From assembly GCA_951406725.2 (NCBI GenBank), contig OX597842.1:20646001-20710000 (forward strand): 64,000 nucleotides of DNA. Direction: 5' to 3'. The notes below the pieces were generated by a model. It was given only the letters and a program-made list of their open reading frames with translations. It did not search any database and was not told where the DNA came from. Source of the DNA: Octopus vulgaris (taxonomy: Eukaryota). Positions 53,184 through 64,000 of the stretch are shown here, piece by piece; the first letter of the stretch is position 1; the number at the start of each line of letters is the position of its first letter. The position numbers and the translations under genes are program-made.

Positions 53184-56100
53184 TTATTTCGGCAAAACAG
53201 CACCAAACAAAGTGCTGAGAATTATTAATAACATCGGAATAGGGGAAAGTCATGGAACATCAGCCATTGGAAGTAGGGCTCAAACTCAGTCACAGGCCCT
53301 GGTAAATTCCAAGCAAATTTTATATATTACTTTTACTGAAAGACATCAAGCTCTTTCTTCTAAAACAGATGAAGAAGTTATTTCAAATGGAGTTTCAGGA
53401 AAGAAATCTCATAAAACAGATAACGAGGACAATTGCTTTCACAAGGCCATAGTGACCCTTGCGAGGACCTTTCCTTGGTAAGTATTTCGGACCAACAGCG
53501 CCAGACAAAGCACTGGCAATTAATAATAACATCAGAATAAAGGAAACTGACGCAATATCAGCCATTGGATAACTCAGCTCAAACTCAACCACAGGCCTTG
53601 GTAAATTCTACATATGAAAACACAACTCCTCAACACTACTAATCAAATATGATGAGGCCCTAATCACATGCAGTTACCGCGTTTTTCCTACTTTCAAGTT
53701 TTACCGAAATCTAAATGAAACCTAAATAACCACACATTATATATCCACAACACCCTGTAGGTATTCCCCAAAAATCCTACTTATTGAAATCAGAAATATT
53801 AAGTTTCTAAATGTTTAGAAATCTAATATTTCTGATTTTGGTGACCAGTGAATAAACTTCACTGAAAATTAGATATATATATTTACGAAATCGAGACAGA
53901 TCTCTGCGACTGGCGGGCTTCTGCTACTCTAGACCGATGATGGACAAAGATCCTGAAACATGCGTGTCTCTAGATGCAGGCCTGGCTGTTGGGGGTGTTT
54001 GTCTCCCCTTCGTAAATATATAAGGGCACAGGAAGAAATGTGTCAAAGCAATCAGGAAGCGTCGATGCTTCCTAGGGCTAAACAGCGGTGATGTAATCTC
54101 CTACTATCACGTTAAACTGACAGTATACAACCATCCTACTTATTGACTTCCATAAAAACCAAAGTGGCGCAAGAAAATGTACAACAGATCCTCTTGCAGA
54201 GACTCTATTCTAGTGGAAGATTTCCCAAAAACATAAAGGAAGGCATAATTTGTCCTTTCCATAAGGGAGTTAGTAGACAAGAGGCTATAATAGTTATACA
54301 CCTGGCTTTATAGCCTTTCATGTTGACAAAAGCATGTAACATGTTGTCAGGAGAAAATTGATCGCCTTCGTAGAAGATAAAGATTTCCGCTCCAACACCC
54401 AGCGTCGCTTCCACTCAGAAAAATTCCGAGATCTTAGAAAAGCCTCGGTCAAATACAGAATTATAGATGCTGTATACATTACCAGTAATAATGCGTTTTG
54501 GGAATGAAATCCTTCTAAAAAGTTGCATCGTAACAATTAAGGGTACTGCTCTCCGGCCACGGAATGAAGCTCATTATATTCTGCATCAGGGTAGGCATAA
54601 ATGCTCAAAAACCCACTGTTGCTTCCGCTCAGGAAAAAGTTGTCCCTTTCCTTTGCTTTTTAATGAAATACTTAAGAGATATGTGTTTTCAACGGCGTAG
54701 ATTACACGATCATAGACAGGCCACGGGCAAATGCAGAATTATAGATGTTGTATACGTTACCATTAATAATGCGTTTTGGGAATGAAATCCTTCTAAAAAG
54801 TTGCATCGTAACAATTAAGGGTACTGCTCTCCGGCCACGGAATGAAGCTCATTATATTCTGCGTCAGGGTAGGCATAAATGCTAAAAAACCCACTGTTGC
54901 TTCCGCTCAGGAAGAAGTTGTCCCTTTCCTTTGCTTTTTAATGAAATACTTAAGAGATATGTGTTTTCAACGGCGTAGATTACTCGATCATAGACAGGCC
55001 ACGGGCAAATGCAGAATTATAGATGTTGTATACATTACCAGTAATAATGCGTTTTGGGAATGAAATACTTCTAAAAAGTTGCATCGTAACAATTAAGGGT
55101 ACTGCTCTCCGGCCACGGAATGAAGCTCATTATATTCTGCGTCAGGGTAGGCATAAATGCTCAAAAACCCACTGTTGCCTCCGCTCAGGAAAGAGTTGTC
55201 CCATTCCTTTGCTTTTTAATGAAATACTTAAGAGATATGTGTTTTCAACGGCGTAGATTACACGATCATAGACAGGCCACGGGCAAATGCAGAATTATAG
55301 ATGTTGTATACATTACCAGTAATAATGCGTTTTGGGAATGAAATCCTTCTAAAAAGTTGCATCGTAACAATTGGGTAAACAGTTTCCGGCCACGGAATGA
55401 AGCTCATTATATTCTGTATCAGGGTAGGCATAAATGCTCAAAAACCCACCGTGGGTTTTTGAGCATTTATCCCTACCCAGGAGCAGAATATAATGAGCTT
55501 CATTCCGTGGCCGGAGAGCAGTACCCTTAATTGTTACGATGCAACTTTTTAGAAGGATTTCATTACCAAAACGCATTATTACTGGTAATGTATACAACAT
55601 CTATAATTCTGCATTTGACCGAGGCTATTCTAAGATCTCGGAATTTTTCTGAGTGGAAGCGACGCTGGGTGTTGGAGCGGAAATCTTTATCTTCTACGAA
55701 GGCGATCAATTTTCTCCTGACAACATGTTACATGAGTTTGTCAACATGAAAGGCTATAAAGACAGGTGTATAACTTTTAGCATCTGCTCTACTAACTCCT
55801 TCATGGAGAGGACAAATTATGCCTTCCATTATGTTTTTGGGAAATCTTCCATTAGCGTGGAATCTCTGCAAGAAGATCTGTTGTACATTTTCTTGCTCCA
55901 CTTTGGTTTTTATGGAAGTCAATAAGTAGGATGGTTGTATACTGTCAATTTAACGTGACAGTAGGAGATTACAACACCGATGTTTAGCCCTAGGAAGCAT
56001 CGACGCTTCTTGATGGCTTCGACACATTTTATCCTGTGTCCTTATATATTTACGAAGGGGAGACAAACACCCCCAGCAGCCAGGCCTGCATATAGAGACA

Positions 56101-57277
56101 CGCATGTTTCAGGATCTTTGTCCATCATCGGTCTAGAGTAGCAGAAGCCCGCCAGCCACAGACATCTGTCACGATTTCGTAAATATATATATCTAATTTT
56201 CAGTGAAGTTTATTCACTGATCACCAAAATCAGAAATATTAGATTTCTAAACATTTAGAAACTTAATATTTCTGATTTCAATAAGTAGGATTTTTGGGGA
56301 ATACCTACTGGGTGTTGTGGATATATAATGTGTGGGGGAGGCGCAATGGTCCAGTGGTTAGGGCAGTGGACTCGCGGTCGTAGTATCGCGGTTTCGATTC
56401 CCAGATCAGGCGTTGTGAGTGTTTATTGAGCGAAAACACCTAAAAGCCCCACGAGGCTCCGGCAGGGGATGGTGGTGATCCCTGCTGTACTCTTTCACCA
56501 CAACTTTCTCTCACTCTTACTTCCTGTTTCTGTTGTACCTGTATTTCAAAAGGGCCGGCCTTGTCACTCTTTGTGTCACGTTGAATATCCCCGAGAACTA
56601 CGTTAAGGGTACACGTGTCTGTGGAGTGCTCAGCCACTTGCACGTTAATTTCACGAGCAGGCTCTTCCGTTTATCGGATCAACGGAACCCTCGTCGTCGC
56701 AACCGACGGAGTGCTTCCATAATGTGTGGTTATTTAGGTTTCATTTAGATTTCCGGTAAAACTTGAAAGTATGAAAAACGCGGTAACTGCATGTGATTAG
56801 GGCCTCATCATATTTGATTAGTTGTGTTGAGGAGTTGTGTTTTAATATGTAGAATTTACCAAGGCCTGTGGTTGAGTTTGAGCTGAGTTATCCAATGGCT
56901 GATATTGCGTCAGTTTCCTTTATTCTGATGTTATTATTAATTGCCAATGCTTTGTCTGGCGCTGTTGTGCCGAAATACTTACCAAGGAAAGGTACTCGCA
57001 AGGGTCACTATGGCCTTGTGAAAGCAATTGTCCTCGTTATCTGTTTTATGAGATTTCTGTCCTGAAACTCCATTTGAAATAACTTCTTCATCTGTTTTAG
57101 AAGAAAGAGCTTGATGTCTTTCAGTAAAAGTAATATATAAAATTTGCTTGGAATTTACCAGGGCCTGTGACTGAGTTTGAGCCCTACTTTCCAATGGCTG
57201 ATGTTCCATGACTTTCCCCTATTCCGATGTTATTAATAATTCTCAGCACTATGTTTGGTGCTGTTTTGCCGAAATAA

Positions 57278-58855
57278 TTGTCAGACAGCGAAATTATGAA
57301 ACAGGCCGAGGCTGGGTTATCAGCGATTGATAATTCGAAGTTACCAGGTAAATATAACATTTGGTGCTTGCAGTTCGGCTTGTACCCGCGACTTGTGTGG
57401 CCACTTATATACGAAGTAGCATTGTCACGAGTTGAAAGGATTGAACAAAAATGTAATGAGTTCATTAGAAAGTGGCTAGGCTTACCTCGTATGTTGAACA
57501 GCTCAGCTCTTTATCGTAAAAGAGGTTCGTTGCAGCTACCAATAGCATCAATAGTCGAAATATATAAGCTGGAGAAGATACGGACGGTCATGATGCTGAG
57601 AGAATCGAAGGATATGGAAATCAGGCGTAACCCACCAGAGGTGAAAACAGCCAGGAAGTGGAAAGCAGAAGCAGAAACTGACTACATCTTGTCTTCTCTT
57701 ATACACAGAGATATGGTGGGAGCAACGCAGAACCATCGGAAAGGACTTGGTTTTGGCGTAGATCAGTTCAGACCGTTTGCAAGCATGATGCCGAGTAAAC
57801 GCAGATCTGTTGTTAGCAACAGCGTCAAAACAAGAGAAGCAGAGAGAAGAGAGCTTCATTTGACCCGATGTGTTCCTCAAGGTCAGATGACGAGATGGGA
57901 AGAACATGTTGTCGAGAGGAAGATCAGTTGGAATGAGATGTGGAAGTGGACGACATCTCGGCTGAGTTTCCCGATTCGTTCATCTTATGATGTTTTGCCA
58001 TCACCTACGAATCTAGTAAGATGGAATGTCTTAGAGAATGACATCTGCAAATGTGGAAAGGTCGGTACACTAAAACATATTCTTTCCAACTGTTCATTAG
58101 CATTGAACAGGTACACATGGAGGCACAACTTGGTCCTTAAGGTTATCTTCAATGCTATCAAGAACCAAATTCATCTCAACAACACTGAAAAATCGTTGAA
58201 AGTTACCATCAAGAGATTTCATTACCTTCGTGCCACCAGATCAGCGGATTCGTTTCAAGAAGAAGACCAAGAAACTTCCTGAGAAAAATGAAAAGTGGAA
58301 CGGCTATTGGGAGGTAACTGCAGCTTTACCTGGGTGCCAGGTTTTCTTTCCCATCCCAGTTTCGAAAACACCAGATATTTTGATGTGGTGTGAAAGAAAG
58401 AAAGTTGTAAATATAGTCGAGCTAACGGTTCCTCCTGAAGATAATATGGACGCCGCTCGGGCTCGAAAAATTGAACCGTTATGCAAACCTCCTCAAAGGA
58501 ATGTGAGGACGCAGGCTGGAAAGCGGAACATTTTCCTATCGAACTCGGATGTAGAGGGTTTGTTGGATACAGCGTGAGACGACTGTTGTTATCGCTAGGC
58601 CTAACTCATCGTAAAGTCAATACCACCATGACTGATATCCAATCTACAGTGGAGAAGGCTAGCCCCTGGATTTGGTTAAAAAGAGACGATGAGCGATGGC
58701 TAGAAGTATATTGAGTTCTTCATAACCAGCTGATCTAGCAAGCGGGGCCTCATATCAGTGAGGGGGGCCGGTGCGCATTGATGCCGTCGAGAGGTAGGCC
58801 CCGAAACGGCGCGCATTCTCTCCTGATGACCCCATACACTTGCTAGCTTCCGGTA
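57278..58855 (+). mobile_element. Hero fragment copy with 3' UTR
   Basis: Near-identical to 40300-41880. Confidence 0.88.
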
Positions 58856-61800
58856 TACGGAGCTTTTAACTGGTAGCACTTGCATGTGCAAGTTGTTTGC
58901 AAGACCCCAAGGAAAGGTACTCGCAAGTGTCACTATGGCCTTGTGAAAGCAATTGTCCTCGTTATCTGTTTTATGAGATTTCTTTCCTGAAACTCCGTTT
59001 GAAATAACTTCTTCATCTGTTTTAGAAGAAAGAGCTTGATGTTTTTCAGTAAAAGTAATATATAAAATTTCAGTAAATTTTATGCAATATCAGCCATTGG
59101 AAAATTTAATCTCCTTTCCGTTCAAGTAAAATGCCATCAGATTTATAATATTAACCTGGTCATGAAGTGATTTTTGCTAATAATCAGCAAGACATGAATT
59201 CGTCTTAAACATTGGCTCAACAGAAACGGTATTCCACCGGAATGTGTGCTTTCTTTGGTCTGTCCTTCAACGCATTTTGTTAAGCTATACATTTTTTCTG
59301 TCACATTTATCCCTACCCAGGAGCAGAATATAATGAGCTTCATCGTGTCACCGGAGAGAAGTTCTGTGAAATTTTACGATGCAACTTTTTAGAAAGTTTT
59401 TATTCCCCAAACGCATTATAACTTGTAATGTATCCAACATCTATAATTCTGCATTTGCCCGTGGCCTGTGTAAGAGCTCGGTATTCTCCTATGCAATTGC
59501 TGGTGGTTACTGTGTAAATTCTTCTGAACCTCGACTTTGGATATTTACAGTATATACAAGAAGACAATTTTTGTGTAATCTATGCAGTTGAAAACGTATC
59601 TCTTGCGTATTTCATTGAAAAGCAAAGGAAAGATTAAACTTCTTCCTGATTCGAATCGACGCTGGGTTTCAGAGCGGAAGTCTTTATCTTCAAGGAATTC
59701 TATTAGTTTTCTGCTGACAACGAGTTCTATGATTTTGTCAACATGAAAGGCTAGAGAGACAGATGTACATCGTTTAGCCTCTGCTCGACATCTTATTCGA
59801 ATTCTTGCATCACGGGGAATTATATTTTTCTATTGGTGTGCCATTCCCTTTGGAGCAATATTCGTGTAATCTACGCCGTTGAAAACACATATCTCTTAAG
59901 TATTTCATTAAAAAGCAAAGGAAAGGGACAACTTCTTCGTGAGCGGAAGCAACAGTGGGTTTTTTAGCATTTATGCCTACCCTGACGCAGAATATAATGA
60001 GCTTCATTCCGTGGCCAGAGAGCAGTACCCTTAATTGTTACGATGCAACTTTTTAGAAGGATTTCATTACCAAAACGCATTATTACTGGTAATGTATACA
60101 ACATCTATAATTCTGCATTTGCCCGTGGCCTGTCTATGATCGCGGAATCTACGCCGTTGAAAACACATATCTCTTAAGTATTTCATTAAAAAGCAAAGGA
60201 AAGGGACAACTTCTTCCTGAGCGGAAGCAACAGTGGGTTTTTTAGCATTTATGCCTACCCTGACGCAGAATATAATGAGCTTCATTCCGTGGCCGGAGAG
60301 CAGTACCCTTAATTGTTACGATGCAACTGTTTAGAAGGATTTCATTCCCAAAACGCATTATTACTGGTAATGTATACAACATCTATAATTCTGCATTTGC
60401 CCGTGGCCTGTCTATGATCGTGTAATCTACGCCGTTGAAAACACATATCTCTTAAGTATTTCATTAAAAGCAAAGGAAAGGGACAACTTCTTCCTGAGCG
60501 GAAGCAACAGTGGGTTTTTTAGCATTTATGCCTACCCTGATGCAGAATATAATGAGCTTCATTCCGTGGCCGGAGAGCAGTACCCTTAATTGTTACGATG
60601 CAACTTTTTAGAAGGATTTCATTCCCAAAACGCATTATTACTGGTAATGTATACAGCATCTATAATTCTGTATATGACCGAGGCTTTTCTAAGATCTCGG
60701 AATTTTTCTGAGTGGAAGCGACGCTGGGTGTTTGAGCGGAAATCTTTATCTTCTACGAAGGCGATCAATTTTCTCCTGACAACATGTTACATGATTTTGT
60801 CAACATGAAAGGCTATAAAGACAGGTGTATAACTTTTAGCATCTGCTCTACTAACTCCCTTATGGAAAGGACAAATTATGCCTTCCATTATGTTTTTGGG
60901 AATTCTTCCATTAGCGTGGAATCTCTGCAAGAGGATCTGTTGTACATTTACTTGCGCCACTTTGGTTTTTATGGAAGTCAATAAGTAGGATGGTTGTATA
61001 CTGTCAATTTAACGTGACAGTAGGGGATTACACCACCGCTGTTTAGCCCTAGGAAGCATCGACGCTTCCTAATGGCTTCGACACATTTTTTCCTGTGTCC
61101 TTATATATTTACGAAGGGGAGACAAACACCCCCAACAGCCAGGCCTGCATCTAGAGACACGCATGTTTCAGGATCTTTGTCCATCATCGGCCTAGAGTAG
61201 CAGAAGCCCGCCAGCCGCAGACATCTGTCTCGATTTCGTAAAAATATATATATCTAATTTTCAGTGAAGTTTATTCACTGATCACCAAAATCAGAAATAT
61301 TAGATTTCTAAACATTTAGAAATTTAATATTTCTGATTTCAATAAGTAGGATTTTTGGGGAAGACCCCTACAGGGTGTTGTGGATATATAATGTGTGGTT
61401 ATTTAGGTTTCAGTAGATTTCCGGTAAAACTTGAAAGTAGGAAAAACGCGGTAACTGCTTGTGATTAGGGCCTCATCATATTTGATTAGTAGTGTTGAGG
61501 AGTTGTGTTTTCATATGTAGAATTTACCAAGGCCTGTGGTTGAGTTTGAGCTGAGTTATCCAATGGCTGATATTGCGTCAGTTTCCTTTATTCTGATGTT
61601 ATTATTAATTGCCAATGCTTTGTCTGGCGCTGTTGTGCCGAAATACTTACCAAGGAAAGGTACTCGCAAGTGTCACTATGGCCTTTTGAAAGCAATTGTC
61701 CTCGTTATCTGTTTTATGAGATTTCTGTCCTGAAACTCCAATGGAAATAACTTCTTCATCTGTTTTAGAAGAAAGAGCTTGATGTTTTTCAGTAAAAGTA

Positions 61801-61944
61801 ATATATAAAATTTGCTTGGAATTTACCAGGGCCTGTGACTGAGTTTGAGCCCTACTTCCAATGGCTGATGTTCCATGACTTTCCCCTATTCCGATGTTAT
61901 TAATAATTCTCAGTACTTTGTTTGGTGCTGTTTTGCCGAAATAA

Positions 61945-62939
61945 TTGTCAGACAGCGAAATTATGAAACAGGCCGAGGCTGGGTTATCAGCGATTGATAA
62001 TTCGAAGTTACTAGGTAAATATAAAATTTGGTGCTTGCAGTTCGGCTTGTACCAACGACTTGTGTGGCCACTTTTAATATACGAGGTAGCATTGTCACGA
62101 GTTGAAAGGATTGAACAAAAATGTAATGTGTTCATTAGAAAGTGGCTAGGCTTACCTCGTATGTTGAACAGCTCAGCTCTTTATCGTAAAAGAGGTTCGT
62201 TGCAGCTACCAATAGCATCAATAGTCGAAATATATAAGCTGGAGAAGATACGGACGGTCATGATGCTGAGAGAATCGAAGGATATGGAAATCAGGCGTAA
62301 CCCACCAGAGGTGAAAACAGCCAGGAAGTGGAAAGCAGAAGCAGAAATTGACTACATCTTGTCTTCTCTTATACACAGAGATATGGTGGGAGCAACGCAG
62401 AACCATCGGAAAGGACTTGGTTTTGGCGCAGATCAGTTCAGACCGTTTGCAAGCATGATGCCGAGTGAACGCAGATCTGTTGTTAGTAACAGCGTCAAAA
62501 CAAGAGAATCAGAGAGAAGAGAGCTTCATTTGACCCGATGTGTTCATCAAGGTCAGATGACGAGATGGGAAGAACATGTTGTTTAGAGGAAGATCAGTTG
62601 GGATGAGATGTGGAAGTGGACGACATCTCGGCTGAGTTTCCCGATTCGTTCATCTTATGATGTTTTGCCATCACCTACGAATCTAGTAAGATGGAATGTC
62701 TTAGAGAATGACATCTGCAAATGTGGAAAGGTCGGTACACTAAAACATATTCTTTCCAACTGTTCATTAGCATTGAACAGGTACACATGGAGGCACAACT
62801 TGGTCCTTAAGGTTATCTTCAATGCTATCAAGAACCAAATTCATCTCAACAACACTGAAAAACCGTTGAAAGTTACCATCAAGAGATTTCATTACCTTCT
62901 TGCCACCAGATCAGCGGATTCGTTTCAAGAAGAAGATAC
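61945..62939 (+). mobile_element. Hero fragment copy, 3'-truncated, with premature stop
   Basis: Same satellite-fusion junction as 45298; stop at 62586. Confidence 0.88.
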
Positions 62940-64000
62940 ATTACTGGTAATGTATACAGCATCTATAATTCTGTATTTGACCGAGGCTATTCTAAGATCT
63001 CGGAATTTTTCTGAGTGGAAGCGACGCTGGGTGTTGGAGCGGAAATCTTTATCTTCTACGAAGGCGATCAATTTTCTCCTGACAACATGTTACATGAGTT
63101 TGTCAACATGAAAGGCTATAAAGACAGGTGTATAACTTTTAGCATCTGCTCTACTAACTCCTTTATGGAGAGGACAAATTATGCCTTCCATTATGTTTTT
63201 GGGAAATCTTCCATTAGCGTGGAATCTCTGCAAGAGGATCTGTTGTACATTTTCTTGCTCCACTTTGGTTTTTATGGAAGTCAATAAGTAGGATGGTTGT
63301 ATACTGTCAATTTAACGTGACAGTAGGAGATTACAACACCGATGTTTAGCCCTAGGAAGCATCGACGCTTCTTGATGGCTTCGACACATTTTATCCTGTG
63401 TCCTTATATATTTACGAAGGGGAGACAAACACCCCCAGCAGCCAGGCCTGCATCTAGAGACACGCATGTTTCAGGATCTTTGTCCATCATCGGTCTAGAG
63501 TAGCAGAAGCCCGCCAGCCGCAGACATCTGTCACGATTTCGTAAATATATATATCTAATTTTCAGTGAAGTTTATTCACTGATCACCAAAATCAGAAATA
63601 TTAGATTTCTAAATATTTAGAAACTTAATATTTCTGATTTCAATAAGTAGGAATTTTGGGGAATACCTACTGGGTGTTGTGGATATATAATGTGTGGGGG
63701 AGGCGCAATGGCCCAGTGGTTAGGGCAGTGGACTCGCGTTCGTAGGATCGCGGTTTCGATTCCCAGACCGGGCGTTGTGAGTGTTTATTGAGCGAAAACA
63801 CCTAAAAGCTCCACGAGGCTACGGCAGGGGATGGTGGTGATCCCTGCTGTACTCTTTCACCACAACTTTCTCTCACTCTTACTTCCTGTTTATGTTGTAC
63901 CTGTATTTCAATAGGGCCGGCCTTGTCACTCTCTGTGTCACGCTGAATATCCCCGAGAACTACGTTAAGGGTACACGTGTCTGTGGAGTGCTCAGCCACT

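Larger units (their letters stand above)
38980..64000. repeat. Complex recent segmental amplification, 6-7 cassette copies, with an inverted block at 52259-55449
   Basis: Near-identical ORFs at 40300, 44304, 47000, 53183(-), 57278 and 61945. Higher-order offsets are about 10278 and 17641 bp. Confidence 0.95.

Overview
Eukaryotic, repeat-saturated DNA with no confidently identifiable host gene. The SINE repertoire and microsatellite load look like an octopus/cephalopod genome (inference). Layout: (1) 1-14110 is a 6.2-6.7 kb tandem segmental duplication of SINE multimers and a TTAGGG-containing MITE. (2) 16556-19310 is a ~149-bp satellite made from a SINE tail. (3) 20.7-25.3 kb holds non-autonomous Helitrons and SINEs. 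(4) 25.5-35 kb is a (TAA)n field with four co-oriented R4/Dong-clade RLE retrotransposon copies from three subfamilies. (5) 37.3-38.4 kb holds mariner and CR1-like remnants. (6) 38980-64000 is a recent direct plus inverted amplification of a cassette containing a CR1-like RT remnant, a Penelope-type hammerhead element, a 5'-truncated Hero-clade retrotransposon and a 278-bp satellite derived from RT coding sequence. The most notable signal is in the Hero 3' UTR. It has a complete hammerhead ribozyme core (GUC, GAAA, CUGAUGA, perfect stems I and III) in a strand order that fits none of types I, II or III, implying a pseudoknotted fold. Several minimal Penelope-type hammerheads are also present. 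All structures were paired by eye; no folding or database searches were run.
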